A stretch of DNA of 64,000 nucleotides from Candidatus Daviesbacteria bacterium (lineage in GTDB: Bacteria > Patescibacteriota > Microgenomatia > Daviesbacterales > UBA10151): NCBI GenBank assembly GCA_030648435.1, contig JAUSHE010000014.1:4466-68465 (forward strand), in the 5' to 3' direction. Numbering within the stretch: the first letter of the stretch is position 1; each line of letters begins with the position of its first letter. The position numbers and the translations under genes were made by a program. This document shows, piece after piece, positions 1 to 9,150 of this stretch. Below the pieces are notes generated by a model. The model did no database searches, was not told the origin of the DNA, and saw only the letters and a program-made list of their open reading frames with translations.

Positions 1-1
1 A

Positions 2-325
2 TCCGGCTTAGCTGCCAAACCAACTGTTGATGTGCAAGGTCAACAAATAGAGATTGCAAAGGAAGATTACAACAGCAAGCCGGAACTAAATTTAGTTGCA
101 GCAGAAACAAAAGTTAATGTTAAGTCTCTGTTTGACCAGTATCAGGTCTATAAAACAGCCGGTTTTTCCGTGATCGTACTGATTACGGTTCTTTTAACTC
201 TGGATATTTGGGTTTTACGGAAAAGAGGGGTATTTAGATTGTCTTCGCATCATATAGCACATATGGCCTTACTTTCTTTGGCAGCCGGCAGTCTGATAGT
301 CTTAAATCCGGGAGCAATACTATGA
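2..325 (+). CDS. C-terminal fragment of a membrane-anchored protein (5' end outside window); possibly a CAP/SCP-domain protein tail
   Basis: Frame is open from nt 2 (SGLAAKPTVDVQ...) to TGA 323-325. It ends in two hydrophobic helices flanking RLSSHHIAH. The CAP assignment rests only on recalled Microgenomates gene context. Confidence 0.6.
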   Translation, partial: SGLAAKPTVDVQGQQIEIAKEDYNSKPELNLVAAETKVNVKSLFDQYQVYKTAGFSVIVLITVLLTLDIWVLRKRGVFRLSSHHIAHMALLSLAAGSLIVLNPGAIL

Positions 326-474
326 TAAATATACTGGTTATCGGAATAATCATCTATCTTGTTTGGGCACTGTTTCACCATCAAAAAGATAAAAGTTTGA
401 CTTTACCTATTTTCTTAGAGTATGTTTTAACTGCTGTTTTAGTCTTGATATTGATATTAGGAGTAAAATTATAG
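322..474 (+). CDS. 50-aa two-helix membrane microprotein (not in ORF track)
   Basis: Hand translation: MINILVIGIIIYLVWALFHHQKDKSLTLPIFLEYVLTAVLVLILILGVKL*. The ATG overlaps the upstream TGA (ATGA), and the TAG ends 1 nt before the rmlA ATG, so it fills the gap exactly. Confidence 0.8.
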   Translation: MINILVIGIIIYLVWALFHHQKDKSLTLPIFLEYVLTAVLVLILILGVKL

Positions 475-475
475 A

Positions 476-1201
476 ATGAAAGGCGTTGTATTAGCAGGAG
501 GTTTAGGAACAAGGCTTTATCCTTTAACAAAGGTTACCAATAAACATCTTTTGCCGGTTTATAATAAACCGATGATTTTTTATCCGATTGAAACATTAGT
601 TAAGGCAGGTATTACCGATATTATGGTAGTAACCGGCGGTCCCCACTCCGGTCATTTTTTATCAATCTTAAAAAACGGAGAAGAACTTGGCATTAAACAT
701 CTGGAATATGCTTATCAGGAAAAAGAAGGAGGAATTGCGGATGCCCTATCATTAGCAAGGGAATTTGCGGAAGGTGATAGTGTGACGGTAATTTTGGGAG
801 ATAATACCTCGGATGCGGATATTGCCGAATCGGTTCGGAATTTCAAAGAAGGAGCGCTGATATTCTTAAAAGAAGTTTCAGACCCGGAACGCTTTGGCAT
901 TGCGACTTTCGATCCAGCAGATCCTTCAAAGATCATAAAAATTACAGAGAAACCACAGAATCCGGATTCAAAAATGGCTGTCACAGGAGTTTATATCTAC
1001 GATAAACAGGTTTTTGATTTTATAGATCAAATTAACCCTTCCGGAAGAGGAGAATTAGAAATTACGGATGTGAATAATAAATATGTGGAAAAAGGACAGC
1101 TTAAATGGAGCGAGCTTAAAGGTTATTGGTGGGATGCAGGTACTTTTGATACTTTACTTCAGGCTAATAACTATTGGGCAAAAAAGGCGAAGACAAAATG
1201 A
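476..1201 (+). CDS. rmlA: Glucose-1-phosphate thymidylyltransferase (short form)
   Basis: GVVLAGGLGTRLYPLT, KHLLPVYNKPMI, GRGELEITD and WWDAGT motifs; first gene of an rmlABCD cluster. Confidence 0.93.
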   Translation: MKGVVLAGGLGTRLYPLTKVTNKHLLPVYNKPMIFYPIETLVKAGITDIMVVTGGPHSGHFLSILKNGEELGIKHLEYAYQEKEGGIADALSLAREFAEGDSVTVILGDNTSDADIAESVRNFKEGALIFLKEVSDPERFGIATFDPADPSKIIKITEKPQNPDSKMAVTGVYIYDKQVFDFIDQINPSGRGELEITDVNNKYVEKGQLKWSELKGYWWDAGTFDTLLQANNYWAKKAKTK

Positions 1202-2199
1202 AGATTTTGGTTACTGGCGGAGCCGGATTCATTGGCTCAAATTTTATTCATTACTGGATCAAGACCCATCCGGAAGATGAAATAATAAATTTAGACGTCC
1301 TAACTTATGCCGGTCATCCGGAAAGCCTTAAAGATTTGGAGGGAAACCAAAATTATAAGTTTATAAAAGGTGATATTACTGATGCGGAAGTAGTTAAGCA
1401 AGCCATGGAGGGAGTAGATACGGTGGTTCATTATGCTGCAGAATCACATGTTGACCGTTCAATTGTTGATCCATTAGCTTTTGTCAAAACAAATGTTTTA
1501 GGTACAGCAGTGCTGTTAAACAGCGCCCTTGACGGCAAGATTAAAAGATTTCACCACATCTCTTCAGATGAAGTTTATGGGGAATTGGGACTACAAGATG
1601 CACCGTTCAACGAAAACACACCTTACAGTCCGAGGACTCCTTATTCCGCCTCAAAAGCAGGTTCAGACCATTTGGTGAGGGCTTATTTTGAAACATATGG
1701 ATTACCGGTGACGATCAGTAATTGCGCCAATAATTACGGCCCTTTCCATGATCCGGAAAAATTGATTCCGAGATTTATTACCAATCTCTTGCAAGGAGAG
1801 AAGGTGCCTTTAATGGGGAAGGGAGAAAATATCCGCGAATGGCTGCATGTTGAGGATCACGCTGAGGCGGTTGATTTTATTCTGCAAAAAGGGCAACTGG
1901 GAGAAACTTATTTGATTGAGGGCGAGGAAAAAACAAATCTGGATATAACCAAAAAGCTGCTTGAGATTTTAGGGCTTGATGAGTCTGTGATTAAATTTGT
2001 TGAGCATAGATTAGGTCATGATTTCCGCTATGCAATAAACGGAGATAAACTGAAAGCTTTAGGGTGGATCAGAAAACATAATTTAACGGAAGATCTGCCG
2101 AAAGTTGTTGAATGGTATAAACAAAACGAGTGGTGGTGGAAGCCTCTGAAACAAGGCAGGCCCAACATTGACCGATTAGCACAAAAATCATATGGATAA
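1198..2199 (+). CDS. rmlB: dTDP-glucose 4,6-dehydratase
   Basis: TGGAGFIGSNF, AAESHVDRSI, SSDEVYG, YSASKA and GHDFRY motifs. Start moved to ATG 1198, which forms an ATGA overlap with rmlA. Confidence 0.95.
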   Translation: MKILVTGGAGFIGSNFIHYWIKTHPEDEIINLDVLTYAGHPESLKDLEGNQNYKFIKGDITDAEVVKQAMEGVDTVVHYAAESHVDRSIVDPLAFVKTNVLGTAVLLNSALDGKIKRFHHISSDEVYGELGLQDAPFNENTPYSPRTPYSASKAGSDHLVRAYFETYGLPVTISNCANNYGPFHDPEKLIPRFITNLLQGEKVPLMGKGENIREWLHVEDHAEAVDFILQKGQLGETYLIEGEEKTNLDITKKLLEILGLDESVIKFVEHRLGHDFRYAINGDKLKALGWIRKHNLTEDLPKVVEWYKQNEWWWKPLKQGRPNIDRLAQKSYG

Positions 2200-2740
2200 A
2201 TATATTAAAACTACATCAATTGCAGGATTATTAATACTGGAGTGGCCGACTTTTGAGGATGAACGGGGATTTTTTAAAGAAGTATTTCATCTTGATGAAT
2301 TGCAGCAAGCGCTGGGATATGAATTTAAACCTGTTCAATGGAATCATTCAAAATCAAAACCCGGTGTGCTGCGGGGTCAGCACGCCGAAAATTGGAATAA
2401 GCTAATTTATCCGGTAACCGGAGAGTTGTTTGCCAGTGTAGTTGATATTAGGGTTGATTCTGTAACTTTTGGTAAGTATGAAACTTTTACATTTAACAAT
2501 GAAAATAGATGTGCCCTTTTTATTCCAAAAGGTATGGCTAATTCTTTTTGTGTTACAGGTAAGGAAGATGTCAATTATCTTTATTTAGTTGACGCTTATT
2601 GGGACGGTTCAGATACTAAGGCAATTGCCTGGGATGATCCTGATATAAATATAAAATGGCCTATTGAAAATCCGATAATTTCGGAGAGGGACAAAAATAA
2701 TCCCAAGTTAAGAGAGCTTCTTCCGGAGAAATTTAAATGA
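2192..2740 (+). CDS. rmlC: dTDP-4-dehydrorhamnose 3,5-epimerase
   Basis: DERGFF, GVLRGQH, VDIRVDSVTFG, LFIPKG and WDDPDINIKWP...S.RD motifs. Confidence 0.92.
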   Translation: MDKYIKTTSIAGLLILEWPTFEDERGFFKEVFHLDELQQALGYEFKPVQWNHSKSKPGVLRGQHAENWNKLIYPVTGELFASVVDIRVDSVTFGKYETFTFNNENRCALFIPKGMANSFCVTGKEDVNYLYLVDAYWDGSDTKAIAWDDPDINIKWPIENPIISERDKNNPKLRELLPEKFK

Positions 2741-3630
2741 AAAAAGTATTGGTATTTGGCGGGGCCGGTTTAGTAGGTTCCAAATTTATTGATTTAAATT
2801 CTCAAAAATTTGAAATAAATGCACCTAACGTTTCAGAGCTGGATATTTTAGACAAATGTCAGGTTCTAAAACGAATGGAGCGATTTAATCCTGATGCAGT
2901 TGTGAATTTTGCTGCTTTTACTAATGTGGGAGCGGCTGAAGACCAGAAAGGTGATGAAAACGGGATATGTTTTCAAATAAATGCAATTGGAGCTAAAAAT
3001 GTGGCTGAGGGTGCCAGGGATTCCAATAAATACTTAATACATATTTCAACAGAGTATGTTTTTGACGGCACTAAAGCTAACGGTCCATACAAAGAAGAAG
3101 ATAAACAAAATCCCATTAACTGGTACGGAGAAACAAAGTATTACGGTGAACAGTTTGTCATGGAAAGCCATTGTCCTTTGGGCTTAGTCAGAATTTGTAT
3201 GCCATTTTCTCCTTTTTATGAATTAAAAAAAGATATTGCAAGATATTTTCTTGATGAGTTGAAAACAGGGAATCAAATAAAAGCCATTGAAGATCAGAAA
3301 GTGACTCCCACTTTGGTTTCAGATATTGCGGATGCCATTTACACCCTGATTAATAATCAAGCTCAAGGAATTTATCATGTTTGTTCAAAAGATTCGATTA
3401 CCCCGTTTGAATTTGCCAAATCAATCGCTAAAATCTTTAATTTAGACGGTTCCTTGGTACAGCCGGTTACTTTTGAGGAATACAATAAAAACAAAAAAGG
3501 CAAACTGTTAAAAAATTCCTGGTTGGGTTGTGAAAAATTTATTTCGAAATTTGGAGACAATATTTTACACAAAATAGAAGAAAGTTTAGAGATATTTAAA
3601 AAAGAAACTATTGACGGATCTAGTGTATAA
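2737..3630 (+). CDS. rmlD: dTDP-4-dehydrorhamnose reductase
   Basis: GGAGLVG, NFAAFTNV..AE, HISTEYVFDG, YGETK and DQKVTPT motifs. Confidence 0.9.
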   Translation: MKKVLVFGGAGLVGSKFIDLNSQKFEINAPNVSELDILDKCQVLKRMERFNPDAVVNFAAFTNVGAAEDQKGDENGICFQINAIGAKNVAEGARDSNKYLIHISTEYVFDGTKANGPYKEEDKQNPINWYGETKYYGEQFVMESHCPLGLVRICMPFSPFYELKKDIARYFLDELKTGNQIKAIEDQKVTPTLVSDIADAIYTLINNQAQGIYHVCSKDSITPFEFAKSIAKIFNLDGSLVQPVTFEEYNKNKKGKLLKNSWLGCEKFISKFGDNILHKIEESLEIFKKETIDGSSV

Positions 3631-3640
3631 TAGATATATT
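3611..3640 (+). promoter_or_regulatory. Putative sigma70 promoter for gmd
   Basis: TTGACG (3611-3616)-N18-TATATT (3635-3640), 8 nt before ATG 3649. An alternative TATAAT lies at 3626-3631. Confidence 0.5.
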
Positions 3641-3648
3641 GACCAAAT

Positions 3649-4662
3649 ATGGCAAACAAAAAAGCATTTATTACAGGAATTTCAGGACAGGATGGTTCGT
3701 ATTTAAGTGAACTTCTTTTAAGCAAGGGATATGAGATAGCGGGTTTTGTCCGTAGAAATGCGGCATTGGATTTTGGAAATGCCAATGAAATAAAAGACGA
3801 AATAAAAATTTATTACGGTGATCTGCATTCTCCGGAATCTATTGCTTTGGCACTGCTAGATTTTAAGCCTGATGAGATATATAATCTGGCATCACTATCT
3901 TCCCCACTGGGATCATTTAAAGATAAATTCGGAACGATTATGGTAACCGGCATAGGGGCACTCAATGTATTTGAACGTGCCAAACAAATTGTTCCTGATG
4001 CCAGAATCTATCAGGCCTCAACTTCTGAAATGTTTGGGGCTCCCACACAGGTACCTCAAAACGAAGATACTCCTTTTGCTCCTGCCAATCCTTACGCTGC
4101 TGCTAAAGAATTTGCTCATAGGATGGCAGTAATTGCCAGGCATGATAAAAATCAGCCGCAATTTATTGCCTGCGGCATTTTATTTAATCATGAAAGTCCA
4201 AGACGGGGTTTAAATTTTGTCACCAGAAAAATTTCGGCTGCTGTAGCCTGCATAAAGAATGAAAAAAAGTTCGGCGTGCCATTAAACGAGATAGGCAAAC
4301 CAATTGTAGAAAACGGTAAACTAAAATTAGGTGATCTTGAGGCAAAAAGAGACTGGGGCTATGCTGTTGATTATGTAGGGTTGATGTGGATGATGCTTCA
4401 ACACGACATTGCAGATGATTTTGTGGCTGCCACGGGCGAGGTGCATACGGTCGGGGAATTTGCCAAAGAAGCTTTTGCAGTTGTTGGCTTAAACTGGGAG
4501 GACTTCGTAGAAACTGATTCTCATTTTATTCCCCCCGTACAAACAGGACCGCTGTGTGGGGATGCCTCAAAGGCTAAAAAAATCTTAGGTTGGGAGCCAA
4601 GAACCAAATTTAAAGATTTAGTGAAAATTATGGTTCATGCTGATTTAGCCAAATTTTCTTAA
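3649..4662 (+). CDS. gmd: GDP-mannose 4,6-dehydratase
   Basis: ITGISGQDGSYL, QASTSEMFG, YAAAK, GILFNHESPRRG..FVTRKI and KRDWG motifs. Confidence 0.93.
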   Translation: MANKKAFITGISGQDGSYLSELLLSKGYEIAGFVRRNAALDFGNANEIKDEIKIYYGDLHSPESIALALLDFKPDEIYNLASLSSPLGSFKDKFGTIMVTGIGALNVFERAKQIVPDARIYQASTSEMFGAPTQVPQNEDTPFAPANPYAAAKEFAHRMAVIARHDKNQPQFIACGILFNHESPRRGLNFVTRKISAAVACIKNEKKFGVPLNEIGKPIVENGKLKLGDLEAKRDWGYAVDYVGLMWMMLQHDIADDFVAATGEVHTVGEFAKEAFAVVGLNWEDFVETDSHFIPPVQTGPLCGDASKAKKILGWEPRTKFKDLVKIMVHADLAKFS

Positions 4663-5843
4663 TGAAGATAGTATCCGTTGTGCTCCCTACTTATAACGAA
4701 AAAGCAAATGTTGCCCGTACTATTGAAAAAGTGCTGGAGCAGGAAAAAAATCTACCCGGCTGGGAAATTCATATTATTGTGGCAGATGATATCCGCACCT
4801 CTGACGGTACGGAAGAAATTGTTCGCAAGTTACTTGCGAATCAAAGAATACATTTTATTAAAACAGAACCTGGTCTAGGGGTTGGTTTGATTGAAGGGCA
4901 CCGGTATGCTTTGCAAAAGCTACGGCCTGATGTTTTGGCGCAACTTGATGCTGACGGTCAGGTAGTGCCTGATGTTTTAGTAAAACTGGTTAAAACCATA
5001 GAAGATGGTTACTCTCTGGCAATAGGTTCCAGATTTGTGAGCGGTGGAAAAAATCAATTAGCTTTAGTAAGAAGGATATTCAGTTTAGGCGCCTCGGTGT
5101 TTTACAGAGCTTTGGTTGGACCCTGGGATATTAAGGAAGTAACAAATTCGGCTAGGGCATTTACTCCAGAACTATTTAAAAAAATAAATTTAGATAGGTT
5201 ACCCTGGAAAGAAAAGACTTTTATTGTTCAGCCGGCCTTTTTACATGAAGCAATTTTAGCAGGAGCCAAATATAAGGAAGTACCGTTAATATTCCGTAAC
5301 CGTTTAGAAGGTTATTCCAAAAATAAGGTTTTTAATTATACTTATGATGTAATTACTTATTCTTTGGATGTAAGATTACATATGTCAGGAGTGAATTTTC
5401 CTTTTTTCCGTCTGGCAGGCAGGGCAAAAACTTTAGTTAAGTTTAGTTTAGTAGGAGCAGTCGGGACTGCGGTGGACTTTTTCTTCTACAAAGTATTTAT
5501 TAATTATTTAGGTCTAAATCCTGCTACATCAAAGGGTTTTTCCACGGAGATTGCTATTATAAATAATTTTATGCTCAATAATTATTGGACTTTTAGATAC
5601 CGCAAAACTAAAACAAATGCTTGGCAGAAATTAGGGATATTTAATTTGGTAAGTATGGGAGGGCTTGTTATGGCAGTTTTGATTGTTAAGTTTTTGCATA
5701 TATATTATGGAGATGGATCTATTAATCTTTTTGGCCGGTCTGTTGCTTACAATAACTTTTTCTTTTTTGCGACAATCCCTCCGGTAATGTTGTGGAACTT
5801 TACGGTAAACCATTTTATTACATGGCGGCATAATGACGATTAA
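4662..5843 (+). CDS. GT2 polyprenol-phosphate sugar synthase (DPM1/Ppm1-like) fused to a C-terminal GtrA-like flippase domain
   Basis: N-terminal VVLPTYNE, DGT, LDADGQ, IGSRFV and EVPLIFRNR..GYSK motifs. C-terminal KFSLVGAVGTAVDF...NNFMLNNYWTF...NFTVNHFITW is a GtrA signature. Confidence 0.85.
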   Translation: MKIVSVVLPTYNEKANVARTIEKVLEQEKNLPGWEIHIIVADDIRTSDGTEEIVRKLLANQRIHFIKTEPGLGVGLIEGHRYALQKLRPDVLAQLDADGQVVPDVLVKLVKTIEDGYSLAIGSRFVSGGKNQLALVRRIFSLGASVFYRALVGPWDIKEVTNSARAFTPELFKKINLDRLPWKEKTFIVQPAFLHEAILAGAKYKEVPLIFRNRLEGYSKNKVFNYTYDVITYSLDVRLHMSGVNFPFFRLAGRAKTLVKFSLVGAVGTAVDFFFYKVFINYLGLNPATSKGFSTEIAIINNFMLNNYWTFRYRKTKTNAWQKLGIFNLVSMGGLVMAVLIVKFLHIYYGDGSINLFGRSVAYNNFFFFATIPPVMLWNFTVNHFITWRHNDD

Positions 5844-6970
5844 TTGAATAACTGGAGGTTTGGTATCGGAGCTGTATTGTTTAATATAAAATTCTGGGCG
5901 TAGAAATAAATAGCAAGTAATATTATTGGCAAAATTATTTTAAATTCCCGGCTGGTTAAAACTTTTTCAAAAGCGATTAAGACAAATGGGGCAATAGGGA
6001 GAAGGTAGCGGCTGATATCCCGGTGGACTACCAAAGTGGCGGCTCCAAGATAGATCAGGACAAAGAAGGCCATAGGGTAAAGTTTTTGTTTCAAAAGCAT
6101 TACCCCTCCCAGAAGTCCCATTATAAAGATATAGATTATATCTTCCAGCCAGATATCCCCTACCCAAAACTGAAACTTGTTGAAAACCTGGAAAGGAGGG
6201 AATGTTAAATGGATGTTGTCTCCGCTTTTGAAATATGCCCAAAAATCCCCGTAAGTTTGATTGAAGAGAAAAAATACTCCAAGCAATCCAAGCGGAATTA
6301 TGATTAAAGGAAAATATTTTAAACGGATTTTTCTGAAAGCTAAGATATAAAATACCAAAGCTGTAAAAAGTAATATGCCCGGCGGTCTGGTAATTTGGGC
6401 CAGCAGCCCAAAAATTCCCGCGGAAAAGATATAAATAAATTTCTGATTAGTTTCAAATTTCATAAAGAAATAGATTGCGGTGATAATAAAAAAGATAAAA
6501 GCGGGTTCTGATGATCCCACACTGTGTACAATTGTCCACCTGGCAGGAAGAATCAGGAAAATAAAGCTTAGAAAAAGCGGATGGGCGCTTAGTTTAAAAT
6601 CCCGGATTAGAAAATAAAAGGCAGAAACAGCAAGTACGGTAGAAAGCAGCGACACAAACAGCATTGATTTCAAAAAACCTAAAAATGGCGCAAAGAGTAA
6701 AATTGCCATGGCATATCCCGGGAAATGGGAAGCAAAATAAGAGGCAGGTAAAGACTGCGGAAGCGCACTTATTATTTGAGGATCATAAAAGCTTTTGGCA
6801 ATGATCAGATATTCTAACCCGTCAAAATTGCGGTAAATGACGGAAAACCCCTCTTTAAAAGATAAACCCCAGAAATTTGGTAAAGATAGTATGTGGGGCA
6901 GCCATATTAGAGCGGTTATGCCTATGGTTAGTCCCGCCAAAATACTTAAATCTTTGAATTTGTTGCTCAC
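5840..6970 (-). CDS. GT-C membrane glycosyltransferase, PIG-V/Mannosyl_trans2-like
   Basis: Multi-pass membrane protein with NFDGLEYLIIA, HFPGY, SEPAFIF, TRPPG and RY motifs; GTG start; the only minus-strand gene in 476..45635. Confidence 0.7.
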   Translation of the reverse strand: MSNKFKDLSILAGLTIGITALIWLPHILSLPNFWGLSFKEGFSVIYRNFDGLEYLIIAKSFYDPQIISALPQSLPASYFASHFPGYAMAILLFAPFLGFLKSMLFVSLLSTVLAVSAFYFLIRDFKLSAHPLFLSFIFLILPARWTIVHSVGSSEPAFIFFIITAIYFFMKFETNQKFIYIFSAGIFGLLAQITRPPGILLFTALVFYILAFRKIRLKYFPLIIIPLGLLGVFFLFNQTYGDFWAYFKSGDNIHLTFPPFQVFNKFQFWVGDIWLEDIIYIFIMGLLGGVMLLKQKLYPMAFFVLIYLGAATLVVHRDISRYLLPIAPFVLIAFEKVLTSREFKIILPIILLAIYFYAQNFILNNTAPIPNLQLFN

Positions 6971-6976
6971 TAGTTT

Positions 6977-6982
6977 ATTATA
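6977..6982 (-). promoter_or_regulatory. Putative -10 box for the minus-strand GT-C gene (likely leaderless)
   Basis: ATTATA at 6977-6982 reads TATAAT on the minus strand, 6 nt upstream of the GTG at 6970, inside a 23-bp divergent intergenic gap. Confidence 0.55.
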
Positions 6983-6993
6983 TACGTAAACTT

Positions 6994-9150
6994 ATGATTA
7001 ACAATCTTTCGGTTTTTTTTCCTTGTATTAATGAAGAGGGGAACATTGAAAATACTGTCAGTAAGGCGGAAAAAGTTTTGAAACGCCTTAAGGTTAACTA
7101 TGAAATTATCATAATTGATGACGGTTCAACAGATTCTACAGGCAGGATTGCAGATAAGCTGGTCCGGGAAAATCCCAATATCAGGGTGATTCATCATCCA
7201 AAAAATTTAGGTTACGGAGAAGCTTTAAAATCCGGTTTTTATAATGCTAAATATGACACCATAGTTTATACGGACGGTGACGGACAGTTTGATTTTTCAG
7301 AGATTTATAAATTTTTAGAGAAAATAAAAGATAACGATCTGGTGATAGGTTACAGAATAAAAAGGCAGGATTCGCTGGTAAGAAGGTTTTTTGGTAAGGG
7401 TTGGAGATTAACACTGCTTGCCCTTTTTGGACTGACTTTAAAGGATGTTGACTGCGGTTTTAAGATGGTTAGGAAAAGTGTTTTGGAAAAAGTGCCGCAC
7501 CTTGAATCTCAAAGAGGAGCAATGATAAATGCGGAACTTGCAATTAAAGCAAAAAAATACGGCTTTAAAGTAGGTCAAGTAGGAGTAAATCATTATCCCA
7601 GATTATCCGGTAGGCCAACGGGTGCAAACATTAAAGTGATTATTAAATCTTATGTAGATCTTATGAGATTATGGTGGGAATTGAAGGATCAAAAAATTAC
7701 ACTTTTTGTACTAATCGGAATACTGGTACTGGCGGTATTTTTAAGATTTTATAGATTATCGGATTACATGACTTTTCTGGGAGATGAAGGAAGAGATGCG
7801 ATTATTGTCAGGGATATTCTGAAGGGGGTAAATTTTCCCTTAATCGGGCCGCCGACTTCAGTAGGAAATATCTACTTAGGCCCTCTCTATTACTACATGA
7901 TGACATTGCCAATGGCAATCTTTAATCTTAATCCTACAGCCGCTGCAGGCATGAATGCGTTTTTGGGGGTGGTGACAATTATTTTAATCTATTATTTGGG
8001 TAAAAGTTGGTTTGGTAGATATGCCGGCTTAATAGCAGCTTATCTATATGCCATATCACCGGTGACCATTATTTATTCACGGTCTTCCTGGAATCCGAAT
8101 CCTACTCCTTTCTTTGCCACAGTTGCCATAATTAGTTTGTACAAGCTGAATAAAACAGGTAATTTCTTATGGCTTACTTTGACCGGCTTAGCAATTGGAG
8201 CGGCGCTGCAGATGCATTATCTGGCAGCAATATTAATACCTGTTGCCGGTATTTTATGGTTATACGAAATCTTGATTAGAAAATATTGTCACCTAAAAGT
8301 TAAAAACTTGATTAGCGGAACTTTATTGGGGATATGTTCATTTGTTTTAACAATGCTGCCACTGGTTTTTTTCGACTTAAAACATAATCTCTTAAACTAC
8401 AGGGCAATTATTAAGTTATTCAGCGAAGGAAGTGCTGTTAAGGCTGATATATTTGCAAATATCGGACGGATGCCTCTTCTTTATTCAAATAATCTGGTGG
8501 GAAGATATATTAGCGGTGAGAATTTTTATTTAACAATTACAGTTTCATTATTAATCATAATCGCACTTCTATACAAATGGAATTCCTGGCCCAGGATTAC
8601 TTTAGGAGTTTGGTTAATTGTTGGGCTTTTTGGATTAGCTTTTTATCAACAGAGTATATACGATCATTATTTAGGATTTTTAAATCCCGCTCCTTTTTTA
8701 CTTTTGGGATCTATAGCTACAGTCAAAGTTTTTAATAAACAAATTACTTATATTGGTTTGACAGTAATATTGCTGTTTTTATCAGTAGTGAATTTGCAGA
8801 AAACCCCTTTACTTTATCCGCCAAATCATCAACTTGCAAGAACACAAGAAGTAGCAAAATTTATAATTGATAAAACAAATAATAAAGATTTTAATTTTGC
8901 CTTAATTGCCAAAAGCAATTATGATTCTGCTTACCAATTTTATTTGGATTTATATGGGTTTAAACCTAAACAAGTACCATTTGATAAAACAAATCAGCTT
9001 TTTGTGGTTTGCGAGGATCCGGTTTGTGATCCAACACATAGTGCAAAATATGAAATAGCTGCTTTTGGTTGGTCCAGAATTGACTGGCAGAGAGATTTTA
9101 ATGGGATTAAGATATATAGATTAATACCTAATCCATCCGGAAAACCATGA
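6994..9150 (+). CDS. Fusion of a GT2 polyprenol-phosphate sugar synthase-like domain and an ArnT/PMT_2-like GT-C domain
   Basis: About aa 1-230: FFPCINEE, IDDGSTD, NLGYGEAL, TDGDGQFD and DVDCGFK. Then LRFYRL...FLGDEGRD, GPLYYY and SRSSWNPN with about 11 TM helices, and no intervening stop. Confidence 0.85.
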   Translation: MINNLSVFFPCINEEGNIENTVSKAEKVLKRLKVNYEIIIIDDGSTDSTGRIADKLVRENPNIRVIHHPKNLGYGEALKSGFYNAKYDTIVYTDGDGQFDFSEIYKFLEKIKDNDLVIGYRIKRQDSLVRRFFGKGWRLTLLALFGLTLKDVDCGFKMVRKSVLEKVPHLESQRGAMINAELAIKAKKYGFKVGQVGVNHYPRLSGRPTGANIKVIIKSYVDLMRLWWELKDQKITLFVLIGILVLAVFLRFYRLSDYMTFLGDEGRDAIIVRDILKGVNFPLIGPPTSVGNIYLGPLYYYMMTLPMAIFNLNPTAAAGMNAFLGVVTIILIYYLGKSWFGRYAGLIAAYLYAISPVTIIYSRSSWNPNPTPFFATVAIISLYKLNKTGNFLWLTLTGLAIGAALQMHYLAAILIPVAGILWLYEILIRKYCHLKVKNLISGTLLGICSFVLTMLPLVFFDLKHNLLNYRAIIKLFSEGSAVKADIFANIGRMPLLYSNNLVGRYISGENFYLTITVSLLIIIALLYKWNSWPRITLGVWLIVGLFGLAFYQQSIYDHYLGFLNPAPFLLLGSIATVKVFNKQITYIGLTVILLFLSVVNLQKTPLLYPPNHQLARTQEVAKFIIDKTNNKDFNFALIAKSNYDSAYQFYLDLYGFKPKQVPFDKTNQLFVVCEDPVCDPTHSAKYEIAAFGWSRIDWQRDFNGIKIYRLIPNPSGKP

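Noticed and set aside
1174-1197. Longer ORF-track starts for rmlB (1174) and for the ORFs at 14761, 46576, 50071, 54623 and 61011
   Set aside because: Downstream ATGs match the family N-termini, give tight coupling, or avoid running through consensus promoters.
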